64,000 bases of DNA from Myxococcota bacterium (GCA_036012755.1 DASCPX010000179.1:32001-96000), one strand, 5' to 3'; counted from the first letter of the stretch, positions 38,950 to 49,352 are shown. Made by a program: numbers and translations. Notes: a model not told the origin generated them from the sequence alone.

Positions 38950-40956
38950 TTAGATCCGCCCCGCGATCTCCGCTCCCTCCCGAATCGCCCTCTTCGCGTC
39001 CAGCTCTCCAGCCATCCGAGCTCCACCGATCGTGTGGACCTCTACGTCGAGCTCCGCCAGGGTCGCCAATCCACCGGCCTTCACCTGCCCGGCACAGACC
39101 ACGACGTTGTCGACCTCCAGGACGCGCTTTTGGCCGCCCACCGAGATGTGCACGCCTGCGTCGTCGATGCGGTCGTAGACCACCGCGTCGAGCATCTCGA
39201 CGCCGCGCTTGCCGAGCTGGGTGCGATGGATCCAGCCCGTGGTCTTGCCGAGGCCAGCCCCGAGCTTGCCCTTCTTGCGCTGCATCATCACGACCTTGCG
39301 CGGGGGTGGGGGCTGCTGGACCGGCCGCAAGCCCCCGCGCTCGACGTGGTCGTGGTCGATGCCCCACTCCGCCAGGAAGGCCTCGAGCGCAGGTCCTTCG
39401 GTGTGGGTGTGGGTCAGGAACTCCGCGACGTCGAAGCCGATGCCACCAGCCCCGATGATGGCCACGCTCTTGCCGACCGGCGCTCCCTCGAAGACATCTA
39501 CGTAGCTCAGGACCTCTGGGCGCTCGATGCCAGGGAGGCTGGGCTTCCGTGGGCTCACCCCGGTGGCGACGACGACGACGTCGAAGTCCCCGAGGTCCCC
39601 TTCGGTTGCCCTGGTCCCGAGTCTCACCTCGACCCCGGCGTCATCCAGCCGGTTCCGGAAGTAGCGCAGGGTCTCCGCGAACTCCTCCTTGCCCGGGACG
39701 CTCTGGGCCAACCTGAACTGGCCTCCGAGCTCGGCGGTGGCCTCGAAGAGCACGACGTCGTGCCCGCGCTCCGCGGCGACGCTGGCAGCTGACAGCCCCG
39801 CGGGCCCACCACCGACCACGGCGACGCGCCTGGGCTGGCTGGCCGGCTTCGGCGTGCGCTCGGTCTCGTGACAGGCCAGGGGGTTCACGAGGCAGGAGCA
39901 GCGCTTGTTCTGGAAGACGTGGTCGAGGCAGGCCTGGTTGCAGGCGATGCAGGTGTTGATGCGGTCCGCGCGACCCTCGACCGCTTTGTTCACGAAGTCC
40001 GGATCGGCGAGCAGCGGCCTCGCCAAACTCACCATGTCGGCGTCGCCACGGCTGAGCACCTCCTCGCCTGTCTCCGGGGTGTTGATGCGGTTCGAGGTCA
40101 CCAGCGGGACCCCGACCTCGGCCTTGAGCTTGCGGGTCACCCAGGTGAAGGCGGCGCGAGGCACCATCGTCGCGATGGTGGGCACGCGGGCTTCGTGCCA
40201 CCCGATGCCGGTGTTGATGATGCTGACGCCGGCTGCCTCCAGCGCTTTGGCCAGGATGACCACCTCTTCCCAGGTCGAGCCCTCTGGGACGAGGTCGAGC
40301 ATGGACAGCCGGAAGACGATGATGAAGTCCGGACCGACCGCCTCGCGCAGGCGGCGGACGATCTCGATGGGGAAGCGGATGCGGTTTTCGTAGGGCCCAC
40401 CCCACTCGTCCGTCCGCTTGTTCGTGCGGGTGACGATGAACTCGTTGATGAAGTAGCCCTCGCTCCCCATCACCTCGACGCCGTCGTAGCCAGCCTCCTT
40501 GGCGAGCACGCCGCAGCGCACGAAGTCCTCGATCTGGCCCTCGACGCCGCTGGTGGACAGGGCCCGCGGGGTAAACGGCGTGATCGGCGACTTGATGCGG
40601 GAGGGCGCGACCGAGAAGGGGTGGTAGGCGTAGCGGCCCGTGTGGAGGATCTGCATGGCGATGTGACCGCCCGCGGCGTGGACCGCGTCGGTGACCTGCC
40701 GGTGGCGCTTCACCTCTCCCGGGCCCGCCAGCTTCGCGGCGAAGGGCTTGCCCCAGCCGGCCCTGTTCGGCGCGATGCCTCCGGTCACGATGAGCCCGAC
40801 GCTGGCTCGGGCCGCGAAGTAGGCCGCCATGCGGCCGTAGTCCCGCTCCTCTTCCAGGCCGATGTGCATCGAGCCCATCAGCACCCGGTTCTTCAAGGTG
40901 AGGTGGGCGACCTGGAGGGGCTCGAGGAGGTGCGGGTACTCTGAATGACCGTTCAT
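38950..40956 (-). CDS. fadH: NADPH-dependent 2,4-dienoyl-CoA reductase
   Basis: NRVLMGSMH, MGSEGY, GIGWHEARVPTIAT, CIACNQACLDH...C.VNP, GKTTGWIHR, ELDAKRAI. Confidence 0.95.
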   Translation of the reverse strand: MNGHSEYPHLLEPLQVAHLTLKNRVLMGSMHIGLEEERDYGRMAAYFAARASVGLIVTGGIAPNRAGWGKPFAAKLAGPGEVKRHRQVTDAVHAAGGHIAMQILHTGRYAYHPFSVAPSRIKSPITPFTPRALSTSGVEGQIEDFVRCGVLAKEAGYDGVEVMGSEGYFINEFIVTRTNKRTDEWGGPYENRIRFPIEIVRRLREAVGPDFIIVFRLSMLDLVPEGSTWEEVVILAKALEAAGVSIINTGIGWHEARVPTIATMVPRAAFTWVTRKLKAEVGVPLVTSNRINTPETGEEVLSRGDADMVSLARPLLADPDFVNKAVEGRADRINTCIACNQACLDHVFQNKRCSCLVNPLACHETERTPKPASQPRRVAVVGGGPAGLSAASVAAERGHDVVLFEATAELGGQFRLAQSVPGKEEFAETLRYFRNRLDDAGVEVRLGTRATEGDLGDFDVVVVATGVSPRKPSLPGIERPEVLSYVDVFEGAPVGKSVAIIGAGGIGFDVAEFLTHTHTEGPALEAFLAEWGIDHDHVERGGLRPVQQPPPPRKVVMMQRKKGKLGAGLGKTTGWIHRTQLGKRGVEMLDAVVYDRIDDAGVHISVGGQKRVLEVDNVVVCAGQVKAGGLATLAELDVEVHTIGGARMAGELDAKRAIREGAEIAGRI

Positions 40957-40959
40957 TCG
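40942..40959. promoter_or_regulatory. Palindrome over the fadH start (FadR/YsiA-box-like operator)
   Basis: TGAATGACCGTTCATTCG. Confidence 0.5.
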
Positions 40960-41023
40960 TCAGGCCTAACCCGCCCTGCAAGCCCGGCGAGCTTGCGAGG
41001 GCTCTGACCATCTGATAGACCCG

Positions 41024-41043
41024 TCTCTACCAATTGGTAGAGA
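41024..41043. promoter_or_regulatory. Perfect 20-bp palindrome, likely TetR operator
   Basis: TCTCTACCAATTGGTAGAGA directly before the tetR start. Confidence 0.75.
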
Positions 41044-41046
41044 GCT

Positions 41047-41652
41047 GTGAATCAACCGGTAGACGACGTTCGCACCCGCATCCTCCAGGAGGCGACGCGA
41101 CTCTTCGCGGAGCGAGGCAGCTCCACGCCGATCCAGGCGATCGCTGACGCGGCGGGCATCACCAAGCCGACGCTCGTCTACCACTTCGGCAGCAAGAAGG
41201 GCCTCCGCGAGGCCGTCTTCGCCGAGTTCATGAACCACTGGCGAGACGAGCTCCCACGGCTGATGGGCGCCGCCGCCAGCATCGACACCCTGCTCCGTGC
41301 GCTCTTCGACTTCTTCCGGCGAGACCCCTACCGGGCTCGCCTGCTCCTGCGCGAGGCCCTCGATCGTCCAGGCAAGCTCAGGGAGGAGCTGAGGCACTCG
41401 ATCCAGCCCTTCACCGCGCTGTTGACCCAGGCGATCCGCGTCGGCCAGGCCGGCGGCCAGCTGCGCGAGGTCATCGACCCAGAAGCCTACGTCGTGCTGG
41501 TCATCAGCGCGGCGGTCGGGGTCGTGGCCGTGGGCGAGCAGGTCGGCGGCCTCATCGCCCCGGAGCCCACCGTCGACGCCCAGCAGCGAGAGCTCATCCG
41601 AATGGCGCGCACCGCACTCTTGAACCCACCGAGCACCCCCTCGGGAGACTGA
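41047..41652 (+). CDS. TetR/AcrR family regulator
   Basis: ILQEATRLFAERG...IADAAGITKPTLVYHFGSK. Confidence 0.92.
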   Translation: MNQPVDDVRTRILQEATRLFAERGSSTPIQAIADAAGITKPTLVYHFGSKKGLREAVFAEFMNHWRDELPRLMGAAASIDTLLRALFDFFRRDPYRARLLLREALDRPGKLREELRHSIQPFTALLTQAIRVGQAGGQLREVIDPEAYVVLVISAAVGVVAVGEQVGGLIAPEPTVDAQQRELIRMARTALLNPPSTPSGD

Positions 41653-41655
41653 CTC

Positions 41656-43560
41656 ATGCCCAACTTCTACGACGACAACGCAGACCTCCGCTGGTACGTG
41701 CAGACCGGCATCGACTGGGAACCCATCGTCAGGTTCACCGAGTACGACTACAGGGCCGAAGACGGCTTCGAAGACGCCGAGAGCGCCCTCGAGTTCTACC
41801 GGGACATCCTCTCCCTCGTCGGCGAGTTCACCGCAGAGGCCATCGACCCGCGCTGGGCCGAGCTCGACCGCGCGCACCCCCGGGTCGAGGACGGCGAGGT
41901 CATCGAGGCCGAGGTCGTCCACGAGATCATGGAGAGCCTCAAGGAGCTCGAGATCCACGGCCTCTGCCTCCCCCGCGAGCTCGGCGGCATGAACGCGCCG
42001 CTGTTGCTCCTGCAGATGAACAACGAGATGTTCGCGCGGGCCGACGTGTCGATCTGCACCCACGTCGGCTTCCACGGCGGCATGGCCCTGGCGGCCCTGA
42101 TGTACTCGGTGCGAGAGGGCACGACCGAGTTCCAGTCGGACCCGCCGCGCATCACGAAGACCCGCTTCGCAGATGCCATCCGCGAGCTCTCCAGCGGAGA
42201 GGCCTGGGGCTCCATGGACATCACGGAGCCCGGCGCCGGCTCCGACATGGCGGCCTTGCGCTGCCGGGGAGACCTCGACGAAGAGGGCAACTGGACCGTC
42301 ACCGGCCAGAAGATCTTCATCACCTCTGGCCACGGCAAGTGGCACTTCGTCATCGCGCGGACCGAAGAGACCGACGACAGCGACTCCTTCGCGGGCCTCA
42401 AGGGCCTGTCGATGTTCCTCGTGCCCGCCTTCGAGATCATCGACGGACAGAAGAAGTGGCTGGCGACGATCGACGGCTGCGAAGACAAGCTCGGTCACGA
42501 CGCCTCGGCCACCGTCAGCATCAGCTTCGAGGGCACCCCCGCCCACCTCATCGGCGAGCGCGGCGAGGGCTTCAAGCAGATGCTGATGCTCATGAACGGC
42601 GCCCGCGTCGGCGTGGGCTTCGAGGCCCTCGGCCCGATGGAGGCCGCCTACAGGGCAGCGAAGGCCTACGCCTCCGAGCGCCCGAGCATGGGCAAGACCA
42701 TCGACCAGCACGAGATGATCGCGGACTTCCTCGAAGAGATGAGGACGGACATCCAGGCCACCCGAGCCATCGCCATGGACGCCGCCTGGCACGACGAGCT
42801 CTCCCAGAAGATGCGCATCGCCTCCGAGCGCATGGATCTGAGCGAGGACGAGCTGGACGAGCTGGACAGAAAGCGCAAGCACTACGAGCGCCGGACACGG
42901 CACCTCACGCCCCTGTTGAAGTGGTTCGCCGGCGAGAAGGTCGTGGAGATCTCGCGCCGCTCCATCCAGATCCACGGGGGCAGCGGCTACATCAAGGAGT
43001 ACCGCGTCGAGAAGCTGCTGAGAGACGCCATGGTCTTCCCGATCTACGAGGGAACCAGCCAGATCCAGGCCCTGATGGCCATGAAGGACAACCTCCTCGG
43101 CGCGGTGAAGAACCCCAAGCGCTTCGTGCGCGACACGGCCCGAGCCCGCTGGAGGAGCCTCTCGGCACAGGACCCGCTGGAGCGCCGGGCGGCCGGGCTG
43201 CGCCTGCTCGCACAGCAGACCATCCAGTTCCTCCTGACCCGACTGACCGCGGCCAAGCTCGGCGAGCTCCGCCAGCACGCCCTCGGGGAGTGGTCATCCG
43301 TGATGCAGCAGTGGGACCCCAAGCGCGACTTCGCCCTGGCGATGCTTCACGCCGAGCGCCTCTGCAGCATCCTCACGGACGCCGCCGTCGCCGAGACCAT
43401 CTTCGAGCAGACCAAGAAGGACGAGAGTCGCCGGGAGCTCCTGGAGCGCTGGCTGGAGCGGGCAGAGCCGAGGGGCCGCTACCACCACGACGTCATCACG
43501 ACGACGGGCCCCAGGCTGCTGTCGATCCTCGCCGAACCGGCCCAAAAAGCAGCCAAGTGA
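41656..43560 (+). CDS. Acyl-CoA dehydrogenase
   Basis: ITEPGAGSD, GQKIFIT, EDKLG, QIHGGSGY..EY, IYEGTSQIQ. Confidence 0.93.
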   Translation: MPNFYDDNADLRWYVQTGIDWEPIVRFTEYDYRAEDGFEDAESALEFYRDILSLVGEFTAEAIDPRWAELDRAHPRVEDGEVIEAEVVHEIMESLKELEIHGLCLPRELGGMNAPLLLLQMNNEMFARADVSICTHVGFHGGMALAALMYSVREGTTEFQSDPPRITKTRFADAIRELSSGEAWGSMDITEPGAGSDMAALRCRGDLDEEGNWTVTGQKIFITSGHGKWHFVIARTEETDDSDSFAGLKGLSMFLVPAFEIIDGQKKWLATIDGCEDKLGHDASATVSISFEGTPAHLIGERGEGFKQMLMLMNGARVGVGFEALGPMEAAYRAAKAYASERPSMGKTIDQHEMIADFLEEMRTDIQATRAIAMDAAWHDELSQKMRIASERMDLSEDELDELDRKRKHYERRTRHLTPLLKWFAGEKVVEISRRSIQIHGGSGYIKEYRVEKLLRDAMVFPIYEGTSQIQALMAMKDNLLGAVKNPKRFVRDTARARWRSLSAQDPLERRAAGLRLLAQQTIQFLLTRLTAAKLGELRQHALGEWSSVMQQWDPKRDFALAMLHAERLCSILTDAAVAETIFEQTKKDESRRELLERWLERAEPRGRYHHDVITTTGPRLLSILAEPAQKAAK

Positions 43561-43570
43561 GGCCAGCCTG

Positions 43571-44425
43571 ATGCACCTCCTCCACCAACGACGGAACATC
43601 GTCTCCACCCTGCGCCTCGTCGGAGCCGGCGTCGGAGCCGGGTTCTCGGAGCTGCCTGGCCCCGAGACCATCGACCACATCGCGCCGCGCCCAGCTTCCC
43701 TCGTCGACGACTACGTCCGCGCGGTGGGCGGCTCGCCGAAGGCCTGGAAGGGCCAGCTGCCCCCTCACATGTTCCCCCAGTGGGCATGGCCTGCCCTGAC
43801 ACAAGCGCTCGAGGGCATCCCCTACGACCTCAAGAGCGTGGTGAACGCCGGCTGCTCCTGGACCGTGAGGGGTCCGATCCCCAGCGACGAGCTGCTGCAG
43901 TGCGTGGCTCGGGTGGAGTCGATCGAAGAGGACGAGAGCAAGGCGCTGGTCCGCCTCTCCGCCATCACCGGACCGGCCACCCAGGATGACGCCCTGGAGG
44001 CCACGCTCACGGCCTTCATCCCTCGCAAAAAGGCAGGCGGCAGCAAGAAGAAGTCATCGAACCGGGTCCGCGTACCGCTGGGCGCCCGACCGATCTTCGA
44101 GCGCCGCCTGAAGCCCGAGCTCGGCAGGCGCTTCGCCGCCCTGACCGGGGACCCGAACCCCATCCACTGGCTCGCCCCCTATGCCCGCATGGCCGGCTTC
44201 AAGGGGCCGATACTCCACGGCTTCTGCACGGCGGCCATCGCCGCAGAGGCCTTGATCGCCAACCGCTACGCGGGCGACGTCCACAAGCTCAAGAGCTTCT
44301 CGGCCCGCTTCACCCGCCCCGTCCGCCTCCCCTCTCGCATCCGCGTGTTCGTCCACGGGTCCGACATCTACGTCGGCTCCCAGCCCGGCGGCCCCGCTCT
44401 GCTCACAGGAGCCTTCAATGGCTGA
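43571..44425 (+). CDS. MaoC/double hot-dog enoyl-CoA hydratase
   Basis: FAALTGDPNPIH, ILHG, RFTRPV. Confidence 0.88.
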   Translation: MHLLHQRRNIVSTLRLVGAGVGAGFSELPGPETIDHIAPRPASLVDDYVRAVGGSPKAWKGQLPPHMFPQWAWPALTQALEGIPYDLKSVVNAGCSWTVRGPIPSDELLQCVARVESIEEDESKALVRLSAITGPATQDDALEATLTAFIPRKKAGGSKKKSSNRVRVPLGARPIFERRLKPELGRRFAALTGDPNPIHWLAPYARMAGFKGPILHGFCTAAIAAEALIANRYAGDVHKLKSFSARFTRPVRLPSRIRVFVHGSDIYVGSQPGGPALLTGAFNG

Positions 44426-45821
44426 TCGCCTGGTCTCCCTCTCGGCGAACCCGACCGCCCGCAAGCTCGTCGGCGCGCTCGGTGTCTCGCTTCCCCCCGT
44501 CCTCGCCCGCGACCTCGAGCCCTGGAAGGAGCGGCCGCTGTCGGACAAGAAGGTCCGCGTGCTCATCGCTGATGGCGGCGAGCTCGTCGAGGTCCTCGCC
44601 CACACCGTCGCCCGCGCCGGTGCCGAGCCCGCGGTGGTCGGACAGCTGGAGCCCTTCGTCGAGGCCGGAGAGGCCTGGGGCCGCCCCCCTCACGCCCTGG
44701 CAGAAGACGAGCCCGGGGCCGACGTCGTCCTGCTCGATGCCACCGGCATCCGCAGCGTTGCCGGCCTCGCCCAGCTCCACACGCTGCTTCAGGCCAATCT
44801 GAAGGGCCTGCGGAAGAGCGCCCGCGTCATCGTGCTCGGCCGGCCCCACGTGGGCCTAGAGAGCGTAGAGGCGAGCGCGGCACAGCGGGCCCTGGAGGGC
44901 TTCGCCCGCAGCCTCGCCAAGGAGGTCGGCCGCAAGGGCGCAACCGCCAACTACGTGGCCGTGAAGTCCGGGGCAGAGGACCGCGTCGAGGCCCTGATCC
45001 GCTGGCTCGCCTCGCCTCGGAGCGTTTACGTCAGCGGCCAGGCCTTCGTGGTCAGCAAGACGGTGCGCAGGGCCCAGCTCGAGGCCGTCCGCCCGCTCGA
45101 CGGCAAGGTCGCGGTGGTGACCGGCTCGGCTCGGGGCATCGGTGCCGCCACCGCCAAGGCGATGGCCCGCGAGGGCGCCAAGGTCGTCGTACTCGACCAC
45201 CCCTCCGCCGACACCCAGGCTGCAGAGGTGGCCGCGGCTGTCGGGGGCAAGCCGCTGCTGTTGGACGTCACGGACGAGGACGCTGGCGAGCGCATCGTGG
45301 CCTTCTGCAAGGAGCACTTCGGCGGCATCGACGTCGTGGTCCACAACGCGGGCGTGACTCGGGACAAGACCCTTGGCCGGATGAAGAGGGAGCAGTGGGA
45401 CCTGGTCCTGGACGTGAACCTCGCGGCCATCCTGCGCATGAACGAGGCCATCGTGCCCGCCCTGGGCAAGGACGCCCGCATCGTGCTCCTGTCCTCGATC
45501 GCCGGCATCGGCGGCAACGTCGGCCAGACCAACTACGCCACCAGCAAGGCCGGGGTCATCGGCCTCACCGAGACCCTCGCCCCCCGCCTGGCTCGCAGGG
45601 GCATCGCGGTGAACGCCGTGGCGCCAGGCTTCATCGAGACCCGGCTCACAGCGGCCATCCCGGTGGCAACTCGCGAGGTGGCCCGGCGGCTCGCGAACCT
45701 CTCGCAGGGGGGCCTCCCCGCCGACGTCGCAGAGCTGGTCGTGTTCCTCTCCAGCCCCGGCGCCTGCGCGATGTCCGGGCAGCTCGTCCGCGTCTGCGGC
45801 GGCAACCTCATGGGAGCCTGA
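44418..45821 (+). CDS. 3-oxoacyl-(ACP/CoA) reductase, long FabG4-like SDR
   Basis: N-terminal extra domain; TGSARGIG; HNAGVTRDK; YATSK. Confidence 0.9.
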   Translation: MADRLVSLSANPTARKLVGALGVSLPPVLARDLEPWKERPLSDKKVRVLIADGGELVEVLAHTVARAGAEPAVVGQLEPFVEAGEAWGRPPHALAEDEPGADVVLLDATGIRSVAGLAQLHTLLQANLKGLRKSARVIVLGRPHVGLESVEASAAQRALEGFARSLAKEVGRKGATANYVAVKSGAEDRVEALIRWLASPRSVYVSGQAFVVSKTVRRAQLEAVRPLDGKVAVVTGSARGIGAATAKAMAREGAKVVVLDHPSADTQAAEVAAAVGGKPLLLDVTDEDAGERIVAFCKEHFGGIDVVVHNAGVTRDKTLGRMKREQWDLVLDVNLAAILRMNEAIVPALGKDARIVLLSSIAGIGGNVGQTNYATSKAGVIGLTETLAPRLARRGIAVNAVAPGFIETRLTAAIPVATREVARRLANLSQGGLPADVAELVVFLSSPGACAMSGQLVRVCGGNLMGA

Positions 45822-45822
45822 G

Positions 45823-47100
45823 ATGAGCAGAGCCGTCGTCATCGGGGGCGCGCGAACCCCCTTCGTCCGCGCCTTCGCCGAGTACACCCAGATGGACACC
45901 ATCGACCTCGGAGTCCACGCGGTCCGAGGCGCGCTGGAGCGCAGCGGCATCGCCTATGGCGAGATCGACGCCATCGTCTGGGGTGGGGTCATCCTGCCCC
46001 CGACCGCGCCGAACGTGGGCCGCGAGATCGCCCTGGACCTGGGGCTGCCCCCAGAGGTCGAGGCCTTCACCCTGACCCGGGCCTGCGCCTCGTCGCTGCA
46101 GGCCATCACCACCGCCGTCGCCAAGATCGAGCGCGGCGAGGCCGACGTGATCATCGCCGGCGGCTCCGACAGCACCTCCAACGCGGTGCTGCCGATGCCC
46201 GCGAGCTTCGTGAGGAAGGTCGCCCCGGTCGCGATGAACAAGCGCAGCGGGTTCTCCGACTACCTCGGCCTGCTCACGAAGCTGTCGCTCAAGGACATCG
46301 TGCCCAAGCAGCCCAAGGTCGCCGAGCGCAGCACCGGCGAGGTCATGGGCGAGGCCGCGGAGAAGATGGCGCGCAGAAACGGCGTGACCCGCGAAGAGCA
46401 GGACGAGCTCACGGTCCGCAGCCACCACCGGGCCGCCGCGGCGATGGAGTCAGGCCGCTTCGACGACGAGGTCGTCCCAGTGACCCCTCCGCGCAAGGAG
46501 ACCGTCTACCGGGACACCATCGTGCGCGCCGACACCAGCATGGAGAAGCTGGCCAAGCTGCGGCCCGTGTTCGCGAAGGACGGCACGCTGACCGCTGGCA
46601 ACTCCTCCTCCCTGACCGACGGCGCCGCCTGCGTCATCCTCTGCTCCGAGGAAAAGGCGAGGGAGCTCGGGCTGGCGCCAAAGGCCAGCTTCAAGAGCTG
46701 GGCGTATGTGGGCGTGGACCCCGCCGACCAGCTGCTGATGGGCCCCGCCCTGGCGATGCCCAAGGCGCTGGACCGGGCAGGGCTGACCCTCGGCGAGGTG
46801 GACCTCGTGGACATGCACGAGGCCTTCGCGGGACAGGTGCTCTCCATCCTCAAGATGCTGGCCTCGGCGAGCTTCGCCCAGGAACGCCTCGCAAGGCAGG
46901 GACCGGTCGGCGACGTCGACCCGGAGAAGCTCAACGTCCACGGCGGCAGCGTGGCTCTTGGCCACCCCTTCGGCGCGACCGGAGCGCGCATGGTGCTGAC
47001 GATGGCGAACGAGCTGGAGTCGACCCAGGCAAAGACCGCGCTCTTGGGCATCTGTGCCGCCGGAGGCCTGGGCGCCGCGGCGGTGATGGAGGCCTGCTAG
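45823..47100 (+). CDS. Acetyl-CoA C-acyltransferase (thiolase, FadI/FadA2-like)
   Basis: RACASS, MHEAFA, GHPFGATG, ICAAGG. Confidence 0.93.
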   Translation: MSRAVVIGGARTPFVRAFAEYTQMDTIDLGVHAVRGALERSGIAYGEIDAIVWGGVILPPTAPNVGREIALDLGLPPEVEAFTLTRACASSLQAITTAVAKIERGEADVIIAGGSDSTSNAVLPMPASFVRKVAPVAMNKRSGFSDYLGLLTKLSLKDIVPKQPKVAERSTGEVMGEAAEKMARRNGVTREEQDELTVRSHHRAAAAMESGRFDDEVVPVTPPRKETVYRDTIVRADTSMEKLAKLRPVFAKDGTLTAGNSSSLTDGAACVILCSEEKARELGLAPKASFKSWAYVGVDPADQLLMGPALAMPKALDRAGLTLGEVDLVDMHEAFAGQVLSILKMLASASFAQERLARQGPVGDVDPEKLNVHGGSVALGHPFGATGARMVLTMANELESTQAKTALLGICAAGGLGAAAVMEAC

Positions 47101-47109
47101 AGTCGCCGC

Positions 47110-49008
47110 ATCGGACGACACTGGCTGATCGCTGTCTTCGCTGGGCTGGCCCTGGTCGTCCTGGGGCTGGCGATGGTGGCCGCCAACCCTCTCTGGTTCC
47201 TCGACAACGAGGAGCTGGTCAACCCCACGGTCGGGCGAGAGCTGCTGGCCGGCAACGGCGCCCTGTTGTTGCAGATGCAGCACAACCCCCACTGCGGGGG
47301 CTGCACGGTAATGGCGCTCGGCGGCGCCGCGAGCTTCCAGCTGGCCGGCGAGTCCTTCCTCGCGTGGAAGGCCATCCCGGCGCTCTGGAGCGCGGCGACG
47401 ATGCTGGTCGGCTTCGCCCTGCTGCGAGCGGGGGGCTGGCGGCTGGGGGCCTGGGCCTGGTTGGTGCTCTTCATCGGACTGCCGGCGGCCCTGTTCCAGA
47501 CCCTGCTCATGGGCTGGGGCAACCACGCTGAGGTCGTCCTGTTCGTGCTGCTGCAGGGCCTCGTCGCGCTGAAGGCCGAGCGGCCGCCAGGCTGGGTGCT
47601 CCTGGGTGCGGTGGCCGGTGTCGGGGCCTGGTTCTGCCTGGGTTCGATCTTCGCCCTGCCGGCGATCCTCCTCGTGCTGCGGCCATGGAAGCGACTTCCG
47701 CTGGTCGGGCTGGGCTTGGTGCTGGGTGCGCTGCCCCTGGGTGTCTTCATGCTGGATGTGGACGCCGACCCCTTCCTGCTCTTCCGCATGACCCCTCGGG
47801 GAGACCCGGGCACGCTCCTCGGCAAGCTCGGCGAGGCCACGCTGTTCGGAGTCGACGACCTCCACTTCGTCCCCGAGCAGGCCTGGCCGGCGGCGCTCGG
47901 GGTCCTCTCGGTGGGGGCCACGTGGCTGCTGGCGGCGCGCGCCCTGAAGGACCCGAAGACCCGCATCCTCGCAGCCCTCTATGGCGCCTCCGTGCTGCTC
48001 TACGTGCTGTCCTCGTTCCACATCGGCGTGGTCGAGGGTGAGCCCCCGCGCCCGGTGGACCTGCGCTACCTGATGTCAGCAGCCCTGCTGTTGTCGCTGA
48101 TGGCCGCGGCCGGGGCCGACCAGCTGCTCAGAGACCGGCGCTGGCTCCCGGTGGCGATCGCGCTGGTGTGCGTGGCGGCTGGACCGGGGCTCGCCGCCCG
48201 CGCTGCCTGGCTCGCCTACGAGGCCCCCGCCGACAGCCCCAGCGCCTCCGATCTGCGGCCCACCATCTACAAGATCGTCGTCCGGGACCTCGCCCACGAT
48301 CGGCCGCCAGAGGTCCTCGACCGGGTCGCCCCGGAGGAGTGGGTCTCCCGGGTGAACCACCACCGCATCCGGGGCATGCAGGTGGCGAGGCGGCTTGCCT
48401 ACGAGGACGATGTCCGGGGTGTCCTCGACGAGGTCCGCGCTCACCCCGAGCCCGAGCTCCTCATGAGCGGCGTCGGGCGGGAGATCCCCTTCCTGCTCGA
48501 GCTCGGACGCCAGGAGGGAGAGCCCACCGCCCGGCGCGTCGCAGCGCTGTTGAGCCGAGCGAGCCCGGCCGAGCGCGAGCTCATGGCAGCGGAGGTCCTC
48601 GTCACCCGCGCCTCGCTGTTGCAGCTCTTCGAGCTCCCCCACCCGGAGAGCTCCGCAGAGGTGGAGGCCCTGCTGCTCTCTGGCCCGCTGGCTGTCGGCG
48701 ACTGCGCCCTCTGCGCGGGCCTGGGCCGGGATCTCGTGCGCTTCCGCCCCTCTGAGCAGGTGACCGGGGTCGGCGAGCTCTTCGCGGGCGGCGAGGCGAT
48801 GCTGCCCGATGCCTGGCGGGGGGTGCTCATCGAAGGAGCCGGCCTGGCCTATGGGCAGGAATACGGTCACCTCGGCGAGGAGCTCGAGCTGGTCGCGCGG
48901 CTGTCGATCGATGACCGCGCAGCCTTCCAGCGAGGCTACGACCTGGGCAGGGCCAGGGCATGGCGGGTGGCGGTCGCAGAGGACGAAGGCCCCAGCTGGG
49001 TGCCCTAG
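47110..49008 (+). CDS. Multi-pass membrane protein, GT-C-like glycosyltransferase candidate
   Basis: Many TM segments, DNEE loop, WGNHAE. The first TM helix lies upstream of ATG 47173, so the start is placed at in-frame ATC 47110 (uncertain). Confidence 0.6.
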   Translation: MGRHWLIAVFAGLALVVLGLAMVAANPLWFLDNEELVNPTVGRELLAGNGALLLQMQHNPHCGGCTVMALGGAASFQLAGESFLAWKAIPALWSAATMLVGFALLRAGGWRLGAWAWLVLFIGLPAALFQTLLMGWGNHAEVVLFVLLQGLVALKAERPPGWVLLGAVAGVGAWFCLGSIFALPAILLVLRPWKRLPLVGLGLVLGALPLGVFMLDVDADPFLLFRMTPRGDPGTLLGKLGEATLFGVDDLHFVPEQAWPAALGVLSVGATWLLAARALKDPKTRILAALYGASVLLYVLSSFHIGVVEGEPPRPVDLRYLMSAALLLSLMAAAGADQLLRDRRWLPVAIALVCVAAGPGLAARAAWLAYEAPADSPSASDLRPTIYKIVVRDLAHDRPPEVLDRVAPEEWVSRVNHHRIRGMQVARRLAYEDDVRGVLDEVRAHPEPELLMSGVGREIPFLLELGRQEGEPTARRVAALLSRASPAERELMAAEVLVTRASLLQLFELPHPESSAEVEALLLSGPLAVGDCALCAGLGRDLVRFRPSEQVTGVGELFAGGEAMLPDAWRGVLIEGAGLAYGQEYGHLGEELELVARLSIDDRAAFQRGYDLGRARAWRVAVAEDEGPSWVP

Positions 49009-49034
49009 CGCCTCCTCGGCGTAGACTCCGCCCC

Positions 49035-49352
49035 GTGGACAAGACGTGGCCGTTGTGGACCCTCGCGCTGCTGTTCTCCGGCTCCTGCGGCTCCTCTGTC
49101 GACTGCTCGGAGGAGCCGGATCGCTGCCTGCTCGAGGCCATCCGGGCCGAGACCACCGTGGAGAAGGTGGAGGAGCTCGCTGGCGACATCCAGGATCCGC
49201 TCATCCGCGGCCTGGCCGTCTCTGAGTGGGTCGAGCTGCACGCCGGCGAGCTCACCAATGAAGAAGCGCTGAGGCTCTGCGAGCACCTCTCCGGCGTCGA
49301 CCGCGGGATGTGCATGCGCCCCTACACGACCCCACACCTGCGCGCGCAATGA
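49035..49352 (+). CDS. Small Cys-containing exported protein
   Basis: Hydrophobic N-terminus with SGSC; ends RPYTTPHL. Confidence 0.6.
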   Translation: MDKTWPLWTLALLFSGSCGSSVDCSEEPDRCLLEAIRAETTVEKVEELAGDIQDPLIRGLAVSEWVELHAGELTNEEALRLCEHLSGVDRGMCMRPYTTPHLRAQ

